Assembly: GCA_044229835.1 (NCBI GenBank) | Contig: JBGASF010000085.1 | Coordinates: forward strand, 273-32,272 | Length of the DNA: 32,000 bases | DNA from: Polyangia bacterium | Lineage (GTDB): Bacteria > Myxococcota_A > Polyangia > Haliangiales > JADYYK01 | Direction: 5' to 3' | In this document: positions 10,111-17,764 of the stretch, piece by piece | Layout of the letters: each line of letters opens with the position of its first letter | Position numbering within the stretch: position 1 is the stretch's first letter | The notes under the pieces: generated by a model | What the model was told of the DNA's origin: nothing | What the model saw: only the letters and a program-made list of their open reading frames with translations | Database searches by the model: none | Program-made: the position numbers and the translations under genes

Positions 10111-11031
10111 ATGTCGAATCCGGGCAATCCAAACCGCGCCTATGTTTCCTCGCGCTTCCAGCTGGAAGTCGATGGGCACACGAACGTGGGCTTCCTCAAG
10201 TCGGTGGACGGTGGGGGGATCAAGGCCGACATCGTCACCTGGAACATCGGGGCGACCACCGAAGGCTGGCGCTATAGCACCAAGCCCAAGTACGAGGACA
10301 TCACGGTCCAGCTGGGCCTGGGCATGTCCAAGACGATGTATGAGTGGATCGAGAAGTTCTTCACCCGCGACATCGTCCGCAAGGATGGCGCCATCGTCTC
10401 CGCCGACTTCAACTTCAAGGAGCAGAGCCGGCGCGAGTTCAAGCAGGCCATCATCACCGAGATGACCTTCCCGGCGCTCGACGGCGCCGACAAGAACCCC
10501 GGCTACCTGACCATCAAGCTGTCGCCCGAGAAGATCAGCTACGCCACCGCGACCGGCGGCAGGACCCTCGACAAGGGCAAGCAGCGCATCGAGCAGAAGA
10601 CCTGGAAGCCGTCCAACTTCGAGGTCAGCATCGGCAAGGGTGAGCTCAAGTGCGGCCGCATCACCAAGGTCGAGAGCTTCACCATCAAGCAGACCATGCT
10701 CGACAACAAGACCGGCGCCAGCCGCGAGTTCCAGCGCGTGCCGGGGCGCATCGAGTGGCCGAACATCACGGTCTACGTGCCCGAGGTCGACGTCCAGGGC
10801 TGGATCGACTGGCACGAGGACGAGGTCATCAAGGGCAAGGGCAAGGAGACCCAGAAGCAGGGCTGGATCTCGCTCAAGGCGCCCGACCTCCAGAAGGAGC
10901 TCCTGCACATCAACCTGACCAACGTCGGCATCGCCTCGATCAGCGCCGAGAAGGCCGAGGCCGGTACCGAGCAGCTGCGCAAGTGGAAGATCGAGCTGCA
11001 CGTCGATCAGATGAACTGCGAGTACAAGTAG
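10111..11031 (+). CDS. Tandem (duplicated) phage tail tube-like protein (T4 gp19/TIGR02241-like domains x2)
   Basis: Domain 1 reads SSRFQLEVDGHTNVGFLKSVDGGGIKADIVTWNIG...KPKYEDITVQLGLGMSKTMYEWIEKFF. Domain 2, from about 10612, reads SNFEVSIGKGELKCGRITKVESFTIKQTML...VPGRIEWPNITVYV...WIDWHED. Both follow the F.LEidG...G.f..V.Gl...e......pg...y.nItl...g....l..W pattern of contractile-tail tube proteins. I prefer the ATG at 10111 over the track's GTG at 10099. Confidence 0.65.
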   Translation: MSNPGNPNRAYVSSRFQLEVDGHTNVGFLKSVDGGGIKADIVTWNIGATTEGWRYSTKPKYEDITVQLGLGMSKTMYEWIEKFFTRDIVRKDGAIVSADFNFKEQSRREFKQAIITEMTFPALDGADKNPGYLTIKLSPEKISYATATGGRTLDKGKQRIEQKTWKPSNFEVSIGKGELKCGRITKVESFTIKQTMLDNKTGASREFQRVPGRIEWPNITVYVPEVDVQGWIDWHEDEVIKGKGKETQKQGWISLKAPDLQKELLHINLTNVGIASISAEKAEAGTEQLRKWKIELHVDQMNCEYK

Positions 11032-11062
11032 CTCGCAGCCGCCGCGCTCCGGCGCGACCAGG

Positions 11063-11599
11063 TCAGGGTTCGGACAGCAGCGCGCGCAGGGCGGCCTCGA
11101 TGCCGCGCGCGTGCGGGCTGGCTGGCTCGGCGCGTCCCAGGGTGCGCGCCCGCAGTCGGCCGCCGCGGTCGATGAGCAGGAAGGTCGGCCAGCCCTCGGC
11201 GCGCACCTCCTCGAAGTAGCGGCCGTCGGCGTCGATGTAGACCGGCCAGGTGATGTGGCGCTGCTGCATGACCTCGGCCACGCGGGCCGGATCACGCTCG
11301 CGCGAGGTCTGCGGGCTGTGCACCGAGATGACCACGATGTCCTTGCGGGCCGCCATGGCGGCGACCCAGGGGTGGCTGGCGCGGCAGTGCTCGCAGGCGA
11401 AGGTCCAGACCTCGAGCAGGACGACCTTGCCGCGGGCGCTGGCCGGGGACATCGGCGGTCCCAGCCAGCGCGCGGCGTCGGCGGCGGGCAGGGCCAGGGT
11501 TTCGGCCTCCTGCGCCGGCTGCAGGGGCAGGGTCTCGACCTTGGCCGGGGTGGGACAGCCGGTCAGCAGCAGGGCGAAGACCACGGCGAGCTTGTGCAC
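11063..11599 (-). CDS. TlpA-like thiol:disulfide oxidoreductase lipoprotein (thioredoxin fold)
   Basis: This is the C-terminal 178 codons of track ORF 11063..12670. The GTG at 11599 gives (M)HKLAVVFALLLTGC, a lipobox. VVLLEVWTFACEHCRASHP supplies the CxxC redox motif, and WPTFLLIDRGGRL resembles the cis-Pro loop. The upstream part of the ORF is antisense to the neighbouring gene. Confidence 0.8.
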   Translation of the reverse strand: MHKLAVVFALLLTGCPTPAKVETLPLQPAQEAETLALPAADAARWLGPPMSPASARGKVVLLEVWTFACEHCRASHPWVAAMAARKDIVVISVHSPQTSRERDPARVAEVMQQRHITWPVYIDADGRYFEEVRAEGWPTFLLIDRGGRLRARTLGRAEPASPHARGIEAALRALLSEP

Positions 11600-11662
11600 C
11601 GAGGCAGCATGCCCGTGCGGGAACGCACGTGCAACGGCGGTGGATTTGGCTACTATCGGGGC

Positions 11663-12742
11663 ATGTCGGCCGTCGCCTCTCGATCCCGCCACAAAGCCGC
11701 CGCGGTCGCAGCGCCTCCGCGCGTGTGGATGGTGTCGCCGACGTTCGACCTGTTCTTCTTCGTGGCCACCGCGCTGGTGGTGCTGGGCCCCTGGGTCGCC
11801 ATCGAGCGCTACCACGTCAAGCCGTTCTTCGTGCTGGCCGCGGTGGCCATCGTGTCCAACGGCCCCCACCTGATGTCGACCTGGACCCGGGTCTACCTCG
11901 ACGGCAACGAGCGCTGGCGGCGCCCCTTCGCGTACTGGGTCATCCCCGGCGCCATCGCCGCGACGGTGGTCTACTTCGTCATGCACGAGGGCGCCAAGTC
12001 GACCACGCTGCGCACCGTGCTGTTCTACTGGGCCTGGTGGCACTTCCTGGCCCAGAACTGGGGCATCCTCCGGATCTACCAGCGCCGCGCCGGCGAGGCC
12101 GACAAGCGCGTGGTGCTGCTCGAGCGCACCGTGCTCTACGTGGGCGCGCTGTTCCCGCTGCTCCGGCGCCTGCACACCGGGCCGTGGACGCTGTTCGGAT
12201 CGCCGATCCGCCACCCCGACGTGCCGCGCTGGCTGGTCAACGGCATGGCCTGGGGGCTGGCGGCGGTGGCAGCGCTGTACCTCGCGGTGCTCATCATGCG
12301 CGCCGTGCGCGGGCAGGCGGTGCACATCATCCGGCCGCTGATGATCGCGGCGTCGTGCTTCGCGTTCTTCGTGCCCTTCGTGCTCATCAAGCGCAGCGGC
12401 ACCGCGGCCTTCGCGGCGGCGGCGTGCTGGCACGGCCTGCAGTACCTGGGCATCGTGTGGTTTTACAACCGCAACCGCTGGAAGGACGGCGTCGACAAGC
12501 GCGCCACCGTGGTGTCGTGGGTGTCGCAGCCCCGGCGCGGCGTGCCCTACTTCCTGATGCTGCTGGCGATGGCCGGCCTGCTCTACGCCGGGCTGTCGGT
12601 GGGCGCCATGCTGGTGTGGGACGCGCAGACCTGGGGAGCCCTGGTCTGGCTGTCCTTCACCTTCGGTCACTACTGGCTGGATGGCGTGATCTGGAAGCTG
12701 CGCAAGAAGGAAGTGTCGCGCCAGCTGGTGTCGCCCGCGTAG
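11663..12742 (+). CDS. Hypothetical polytopic membrane protein (about 10 TM) with conserved His/Trp motifs
   Basis: The ATG at 11663 is in frame with track ORF 11111..12742, giving 359 aa. About ten hydrophobic segments are present. Recurrent motifs are WWHFLAQNWG, CWHGLQYLG and FGHYWLDG. I do not recognise the family. Confidence 0.7.
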   Translation: MSAVASRSRHKAAAVAAPPRVWMVSPTFDLFFFVATALVVLGPWVAIERYHVKPFFVLAAVAIVSNGPHLMSTWTRVYLDGNERWRRPFAYWVIPGAIAATVVYFVMHEGAKSTTLRTVLFYWAWWHFLAQNWGILRIYQRRAGEADKRVVLLERTVLYVGALFPLLRRLHTGPWTLFGSPIRHPDVPRWLVNGMAWGLAAVAALYLAVLIMRAVRGQAVHIIRPLMIAASCFAFFVPFVLIKRSGTAAFAAAACWHGLQYLGIVWFYNRNRWKDGVDKRATVVSWVSQPRRGVPYFLMLLAMAGLLYAGLSVGAMLVWDAQTWGALVWLSFTFGHYWLDGVIWKLRKKEVSRQLVSPA

Positions 12743-12756
12743 CGCGGCGGCAGGGG

Positions 12757-12939
12757 CTACTTGTGCCCCTTGTGCTTGCCGTTGCCGTTGTGCACGCAGG
12801 CGAAGCCGTTCCAGTGGTGCGCCGGCGGGCAGACCTTGCCCGGGCGACCGCGATCATGGTGGTGGCGCGGGCCGGTGCGGACCACGCAGCCGGTCAGCAG
12901 GACAAAGCCCAGGGTGAGACCTGCGGTGAGTTTTCGCAT
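12757..12939 (-). CDS. Small His-rich lipoprotein (60 aa)
   Basis: Sequence: MRKLTAGLTLGFVLLTGC (lipobox) followed by VVRTGPRHHHDRGRPGKVCPPAHHWNGFACVHNGNGKHKGHK. It forms the last 60 codons of the otherwise spurious ORF 12757..14124. Confidence 0.55.
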   Translation of the reverse strand: MRKLTAGLTLGFVLLTGCVVRTGPRHHHDRGRPGKVCPPAHHWNGFACVHNGNGKHKGHK

Positions 12940-12987
12940 GTTCTCTCTACGACCCGTGGGGGCCTCCCGATACGGTATCATCGCCCC

Positions 12988-13087
12988 GGAAGCGCGAGCG
13001 ATTCTGGTGAGCGTCGCGGTCTTCAAAACCGCAGGGGCTCGGTGAAAGCCGCGGCCCGGGGAGTTCGATTCTCCTGCGCTTCCGCCA
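12988..13087 (+). tRNA. selC: tRNA-Sec (selenocysteine tRNA, anticodon UCA), CCA encoded
   Basis: - The 8-bp acceptor stem pairs GGAAGCGC (12988..12995) with GCGCTTCC (13076..13083), followed by discriminator G and CCA.
- The anticodon arm is GCGGT-CTTCAAA-ACCGC, with TCA at 13023..13025.
- A long variable arm runs GGGGCTCGG...GCCGCGGCCC.
- The T arm is GGGAG-TTCGATT-CTCCT.
- The overall layout parallels E. coli selC (GGAAG...GGTGAG...CTTCAAA...GGGGC...GGTTCGA...CTTCCGCCA). Confidence 0.9.
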
Positions 13088-13221
13088 TCGCGTGTTGGGG
13101 CTTCACCACCTGGTGACGTCGGACACCTGACGCTGCCACCTCCTGCCTGTGTGATCCTCCCGGGATGTGACGGATGTCGTGCTGGCATGCCACGTGGATA
13201 GGCCGTCCGCGGAGGTCGGCG

Positions 13222-14226
13222 ATGGGGCGTGGGCTGACGCTGGTGATGGCACTGGGGCTGGGAGCGTCGGCGCTGGCGTGTGCGCCGGGGGCCGCCGTGG
13301 AGGACCCGGGACACAACGTCATCCTGGTCACGCTGGACGGTGTGCGCTCGCAGGAGATGTTCGGCGCGCCGCCGCCCGAGCTGGCGGGGGCCGACACCGC
13401 GCCGGCGTTTCCGCTGCTGCACGCGTCGCTGGAGCGCGACGGCGTCATGTATGGCGACCCCACCCGCTTCGACGTCATGACCACGGCCAACCCGGCGCAG
13501 CGCAGCCTGCCCGGGTACATGTCGATCTTCGCCGGCTTCGAGCAGAAGTGCTTCGACAACGACTGTCCGCGCACCGTGGTGGAGACCGCGCTGGAGCGCA
13601 TCCAGCGCCAGCTCGTGCTGTCCCGGGGTGAGGTCGCGACCATCGCGTCGTGGGGCAAGATGGGCCGCGCCGTCGAGCACATCGGCGGCGCCATCTACAC
13701 CGACATCGGCCCCGTGGCGGGACCCGACGCCATCGGCGCGGCCAGCGCGCCCGACTGGCATCCGGCGCGCTGGGATCGCGACACCTGGTCGGCGGCGATG
13801 CGCTACCTCGAGGCGGCGCGGCCACGCCTGCTGCACATCGGGCTGCTCGACGCCGACGGCTGGGCGCACGCCGGCGACTATGCCAGCTACCTCGGCACGT
13901 TGCGCCAGTACGACCGCTGGATCGCCGAGCTGCGCGGGCGGCTCGCGACCCTGGGCGACTACGGCGCGCACACGACCATCATCGTGACCACTGACCATGG
14001 CCGCGGCGACGGCGGCGGCTGGACCGATCACAACCCCGATCTGCCCGGGTCGGAGCGCGTGTTCCTGTACGCGGTGGGGCCACAGATCGTCGGTGGGCGC
14101 TGGGCCTCGACGCTGGCGCGCCACAGCTCGGCGGACATCCGCCCCACCCTGGAGAGGTTGTTCGGGCTGGAGCCGGCGCGTTGCCTGCGCTGTGGCGGCG
14201 TGCTCGCCGAGGTGGTGGGGCCGTGA
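13222..14226 (+). CDS. Alkaline-phosphatase-superfamily protein (nucleotide pyrophosphatase/phosphodiesterase-like), secreted
   Basis: The ATG at 13222 is preceded by GGAGG at 13212..13216. The signal peptide is MGRGLTLVMALGLGASALAC. Motifs are NVILVTLDGVRSQEMF (metal/nucleophile region) and TIIVTTDHGRGD near the C-terminus. Confidence 0.72.
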   Translation: MGRGLTLVMALGLGASALACAPGAAVEDPGHNVILVTLDGVRSQEMFGAPPPELAGADTAPAFPLLHASLERDGVMYGDPTRFDVMTTANPAQRSLPGYMSIFAGFEQKCFDNDCPRTVVETALERIQRQLVLSRGEVATIASWGKMGRAVEHIGGAIYTDIGPVAGPDAIGAASAPDWHPARWDRDTWSAAMRYLEAARPRLLHIGLLDADGWAHAGDYASYLGTLRQYDRWIAELRGRLATLGDYGAHTTIIVTTDHGRGDGGGWTDHNPDLPGSERVFLYAVGPQIVGGRWASTLARHSSADIRPTLERLFGLEPARCLRCGGVLAEVVGP

Positions 14227-15050
14227 AGGGCGGGGCCTGGCGGGGCGTGCTGGTGGCGGTCGCGCTGGTGCACGTGGGCGGCGCCGCCGCCGAGACGCCG
14301 CGCCTGCTGGCGATGGCGGACACCACGCGGCAGAGCTATGTCGGTGTCGAGGTCAGCACCGGGGCGCTGCACTTCTTCGAGGACGAGCTGATCGCGGTGA
14401 CCACCGCCGACCTGCTGATCGAGGCAGCCCTGGGCCATGGCCTCAAGCTCACCGGGGCGGTCCCGCTCTCGGCCGCCAGCGATGATGGCCAGACCGCCGC
14501 GGGCCTGGGCAACCTGACCGCGGGGGCGCGCCTGGTCGGGCGGCGCCGGGCGCTGAGCTGGGCGCTGTCGTCATCGCTGTCCGCGCCGACGGCGTCGGAT
14601 CGGGGCGCGCCCGGGCGAGCAGCCAGCGCCGCCGCCGAACTCCACTTCGCCCAGGACCCTGGGCTGTACCAGCCCAGCACCACCACGGTGCGTGCGGCGG
14701 CCACGCTGCGTCACGATCGGGGACGGCTGACGGTGGCCGCCGAGCTCGGCTATCGCCTGCTCATCTTCACACCCGACGAGCTGGAGTACATCGAGATCGT
14801 CCACGCCTGCATCGGAGGCGGGCTGGCGCTGAGTCCGACGTTGACGCTGCTCGGCGAGCTCGACAACCTGACCGACCATCTGGAGCGGCGCTACGAGGGC
14901 GGCGACCACTTCTACCACGTGCTGTCGGCCGGGCTGCGCTACAGCGCGCGGGGTCTCGGCATGCTGGCCAGGGTGGTGGTGCCGCTCGACGACGAGCTGC
15001 GCGACAGCCAGACGCCGCTGCTGGGCCTGGAGGCGACCACCGACTTCTGA
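14223..15050 (+). CDS. Hypothetical secreted protein, putative outer-membrane beta-barrel
   Basis: The GTG at 14223 overlaps the upstream stop (GTGA). The signal-like N-terminus is VKGGAWRGVLVAVALVHVGGAAAE. Amphipathic strands alternate along the protein. The C-terminus LGLEATTDF ends in Phe, as in many OMPs. Confidence 0.5.
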   Translation: MKGGAWRGVLVAVALVHVGGAAAETPRLLAMADTTRQSYVGVEVSTGALHFFEDELIAVTTADLLIEAALGHGLKLTGAVPLSAASDDGQTAAGLGNLTAGARLVGRRRALSWALSSSLSAPTASDRGAPGRAASAAAELHFAQDPGLYQPSTTTVRAAATLRHDRGRLTVAAELGYRLLIFTPDELEYIEIVHACIGGGLALSPTLTLLGELDNLTDHLERRYEGGDHFYHVLSAGLRYSARGLGMLARVVVPLDDELRDSQTPLLGLEATTDF

Positions 15051-15052
15051 GC

Positions 15053-15871
15053 TCAGGCGCGGGCGAAGAAGCGCGCCGCCGTCGCGCTGGTGTCGGCGGC
15101 GACCTCGGCGGCGGGGCGGCCGGTGGCGCGGGCCACCGCGGCCAGGACGTGGGGCAGGAAGGCGGGCTCGTTGCGGCCGTCGGCGGGGCGGGGGCGCAGA
15201 TCGCGCGGCAGCAGGAAGGGGCCGTCGGTCTCCAGCATGAGGCGATCGCGGGGCACCCGGCTGACCAGCTCGGCCAGGTGCCGGCCGCGGCGCTCGTCGC
15301 AGATCCAGCCGGTGATGCCGATGTGACAGTCGAGGGCCAGGTAGGCGTCGAGCTCGGCGCGGGTGCCGGTGAAGCAGTGCACCACGGCGCCGGGCAGGCG
15401 CGCGCGCAGGCTGCCCAGGATGGCCAGGAAGCGCTCGTGGGCGTCGCGCTCGTGCAGGAAGACCGGCAGGCCCAGGCTGGCGGCCAGCTCGAGCTGCTGG
15501 CGGAAGGCGCGCTCCTGGTCGGGGCGTGGCGAGAAGTCGCGGTTGAAGTCGAGGCCACACTCGCCGATGGCGCGCACCTCGGGGGCGCGGGCCAGCGCGC
15601 CCAGCTCGGCCAGCGCGGCGTCGTCGAGGTGGCGCGCGTCGTGCGGGTGCACCCCGGCGGTGGCCAGGAGGGTGGCGCCGGCGCGGCCGCGGGCCAGCTG
15701 GGCGGCCTCGCGGCTGGCGCGCACGCTGGTGCCGGTGATGACCAGGGTGCGCACGCCGGCGGCGTGGGCGCGCGCGACGACCTGGTCGCGGTCACGGGCG
15801 AAGCGCGCGTGGCCGAGGTTGATGCCGATGTCCCACAGCTCGTGGGGGTGGGGTTGCGATTGCGGATGCAT
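15053..15871 (-). CDS. tatD: TatD-family metal-dependent hydrolase/DNase
   Basis: Motifs are [36 protein letters not shown] and [11 protein letters not shown], followed by HCFTG and ETDGPFL. These are the canonical TatD motifs. I prefer the ATG at 15871 (MHPQSQ...) over the track start at 15910. Confidence 0.88.
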   Translation of the reverse strand: MHPQSQPHPHELWDIGINLGHARFARDRDQVVARAHAAGVRTLVITGTSVRASREAAQLARGRAGATLLATAGVHPHDARHLDDAALAELGALARAPEVRAIGECGLDFNRDFSPRPDQERAFRQQLELAASLGLPVFLHERDAHERFLAILGSLRARLPGAVVHCFTGTRAELDAYLALDCHIGITGWICDERRGRHLAELVSRVPRDRLMLETDGPFLLPRDLRPRPADGRNEPAFLPHVLAAVARATGRPAAEVAADTSATAARFFARA

Positions 15872-15992
15872 GGGTCTTTCTCTGTGGTCTCGGGTGTTGT
15901 CGTGCTTCATGGGGTGCGTGCGGCAGGACTTGCACCTGCAACCTTCGAGTTCCTTACGCTCGACGCTCTGCTGTTGGAGCTACGCACGCAGG

Positions 15993-16008
15993 CGCGGCCG
16001 CGGCCGCG
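15993..16008. terminator. Perfect 16-nt GC palindrome just downstream of the 141-aa gene (putative terminator stem)
   Basis: cgcggccgcggccgcg is its own reverse complement. It lies 5 nt beyond the stop at 16014..16016 on the minus strand. There is no U-tract. Confidence 0.35.
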
Positions 16009-16013
16009 TTGCG

Positions 16014-16439
16014 TCACTGTGCTACGGCGAGGCGGGGCGGATCCCCCGTGGTCGCCACCTCGGCCAGGATAACGCGGGCCGCGACGCGCAGCTCGGGCTC
16101 GAGCAGGCGGCCCCGGAAGCCGTTGCCCTCGATGGCGTCGAGCTCGCTGCCCAGCAGCGCGGCCTGCTCGGCCAGGCTGGCCACGCGCGACTCCTCGCCA
16201 GGCTGGCTGCGGCGCCAGCGCCGGAGGTGCAGGCGCCGGCGCAGGTGCGCGCTCAGCATGCACAGCAGGGTGGCGCGCCAGCGCGAGTCGTACAGGCCGA
16301 GCCTGGTCGCCGGCGGTTCGCCGCGCTCGGCCAGCGGGCGCTTGCCCCAGGCCTTGATCGCGCGCAGGTCGGCCGTGATGGCCGCGAGCTCCATACGCAG
16401 GCGGATGCGGATCTCTTGCTTCTGTTCTCTTGTCATCAT
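16014..16439 (-). CDS. Hypothetical protein (141 aa, Arg-rich, helical)
   Basis: The ATG-ATG start gives MMTREQKQEIRIRLRMELAAI.... GC3 is high across the ORF. It lies 30 nt downstream of the PTH2-like gene on the same strand. I recognise no family. Confidence 0.6.
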   Translation of the reverse strand: MMTREQKQEIRIRLRMELAAITADLRAIKAWGKRPLAERGEPPATRLGLYDSRWRATLLCMLSAHLRRRLHLRRWRRSQPGEESRVASLAEQAALLGSELDAIEGNGFRGRLLEPELRVAARVILAEVATTGDPPRLAVAQ

Positions 16440-16469
16440 GTCAATACACTCCTGGCTGATGGGCAGCCA

Positions 16470-16766
16470 CTAGCGCAGCAGCGGCAGCCCTCCCAGGAGC
16501 CGCCGGAGCTGCCTGCGGTCACGGGCGGCCATCGGCACCATGCCGATGGCCATGAGCGCCGAGTTCCACGGGGGATCGGGCTCGCGGATCTGGACGTGGG
16601 GCACGCCCCAGCGCACGAGGTCGGCGGCCAGCGCGAGCAGCGCGGCCTCGTCTTCGACCATCAGCGCGACGGCGCGCGTCCCGCTGGCCAGGCCGCCGGG
16701 GCTGGATTCACCAGCGGCATGGATCAGCTGTGCGGCGATCATCCCCAGCGGGAGATCGCGGCGCAC
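16470..16766 (-). CDS. PTH2-family (peptidyl-tRNA hydrolase 2)-like small protein
   Basis: 98 aa with a GTG start. RRDLPLGMIAAQLIHAAGE resembles the PTH2 motif DL.m..GK.aAQc.HAa. AVALMVEDEAALLALAADLVRWGVPHVQIREPD...LMAIGMVP...LGGLPLL resembles the PTH2 C-terminal half. This is motif-level similarity only. Confidence 0.5.
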   Translation of the reverse strand: MRRDLPLGMIAAQLIHAAGESSPGGLASGTRAVALMVEDEAALLALAADLVRWGVPHVQIREPDPPWNSALMAIGMVPMAARDRRQLRRLLGGLPLLR

Positions 16767-16914
16767 GATGCAGCAGTGAGTGAGATCTACTGCGGAAGCG
16801 GCGGGAAGCTGGGCGTCAGCGGCAAGGTCGAGCGGTCATGATGGGACAGAGTCTTGGCACTTCGAGGCGCGCTGTCAAGGCGCTGTGTTGCAACCTGGCG
16901 GAAGGCCTTCGCGT

Positions 16915-17733
16915 TCAGGGCTGGCCGCGACCACCGCCGCCGCCGGTCGGCCCGCCGCCGCCGGGGCCGCCGCCGCCGAAACCACCCCCCGCGCCGCCCG
17001 GCCCGCGCCCGCCGCGACCCTGCTGGCGCATCTCCTGGTAGCTCGTGTACTGCTCCTCGCTGAGGATCTTCTTGGCGGCCTCGTCGGTGCTCTGGCGCAG
17101 CGCGCGCATCTCCTCGAAGCCCTGGCGGCCACCCTGGCCCGGGCCGGCGGCGCGCAGCTTCTCCATCAGCTCGGTGCGCTTGTCCTGCTCGGCCTTCATG
17201 GCCGCCGCCAGCTGCTGCTCCTGCGCGCCAGACAGGCGCGCGCTGGTCACGAAGGCCTTGAAGCGCTCGGCCTGGGCCTGCTCGCGCTGCGCCATGCGCT
17301 CCTGGGCGCGCTCGGCGAAGACCTCGTCCTGCACCGAGCGGAAGATCTCCTTCACGCGCGCGCGGCCGGTCTCGGTCTCCATGGCCTGCCCGGTCAGCAG
17401 GGCGTCGATGTCGCTGCGCAGGTCGGCCAGCTCGGGCGCGCTGGCGCTGCCCGCGCCGCCGCTGGCGCCGCCCGCGCCCGCGCCGCCGCTGCTGACGCGC
17501 TTCTCCAGCGCATCGAGGCGCCGCGTCAGCCCGGTGATGCGCCACGACAGCTCGGCGGTCTCGTCGTCGCCCGGCGCCGGCCGCGCGGGTGGCCCCTGCG
17601 CTGGGTCGGCCGGCTCGGGACGCGCGACCCGGGGCCGTCGGGTGGGTGCGCTGGTTGCCGGGCGCCACAGCAGGGCGACCGCCAGGGCGGCCGCCGACAG
17701 CACGATGGGGACGATGGTGAGCGCACGCTTCAT
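16915..17733 (-). CDS. Membrane-anchored or secreted coiled-coil protein, Spy/CpxP-like, with a Gly-rich C-terminal tail
   Basis: 272 aa. The N-terminal TM/signal is MKRALTIVPIVLSAAALAVALLW. Helical repeats contain LSGAQEQQL and LSEEQYTSYQEM (LTxxQ-like). The C-terminal tail is GRGGRGPGGAGGGFGGGGPGGGGPTGGGGGRGQP. Confidence 0.55.
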   Translation of the reverse strand: MKRALTIVPIVLSAAALAVALLWRPATSAPTRRPRVARPEPADPAQGPPARPAPGDDETAELSWRITGLTRRLDALEKRVSSGGAGAGGASGGAGSASAPELADLRSDIDALLTGQAMETETGRARVKEIFRSVQDEVFAERAQERMAQREQAQAERFKAFVTSARLSGAQEQQLAAAMKAEQDKRTELMEKLRAAGPGQGGRQGFEEMRALRQSTDEAAKKILSEEQYTSYQEMRQQGRGGRGPGGAGGGFGGGGPGGGGPTGGGGGRGQP

Positions 17734-17764
17734 GAGCGACAGACTACCTGGGGTGGGGCGTGAT

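Noticed and set aside
11600-12670. Upstream part of minus-strand ORF 11063..12670
   Set aside because: It is antisense to the 10-TM membrane protein gene. The thioredoxin-fold protein begins with a lipoprotein signal at the GTG at 11599.
13088-13221. Genomic island or att site at selC
   Set aside because: There is no integrase, no direct repeat of the tRNA 3' end anywhere in the window, and no compositional break. The flanking genes have host-like GC3.
12940-14124. Upstream 395 codons of minus-strand ORF 12757..14124, which would run through selC
   Set aside because: This part overlaps the tRNA-Sec gene and is antisense to the alkaline-phosphatase-like gene. Only the terminal 60-codon lipoprotein (12757..12939) has a start, a lipobox and a sensible sequence.
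16850-16872. Sigma-54 promoter (TGGCAC at 16855..16860) on the plus strand, and a TTGCA-containing stretch at about 10013..10022
   Set aside because: The -12 element is wrong in the first case: GGCG sits where TTGC is expected at the correct spacing. The second case lacks the -24 TGGCAC. Neither faces an appropriately placed gene.
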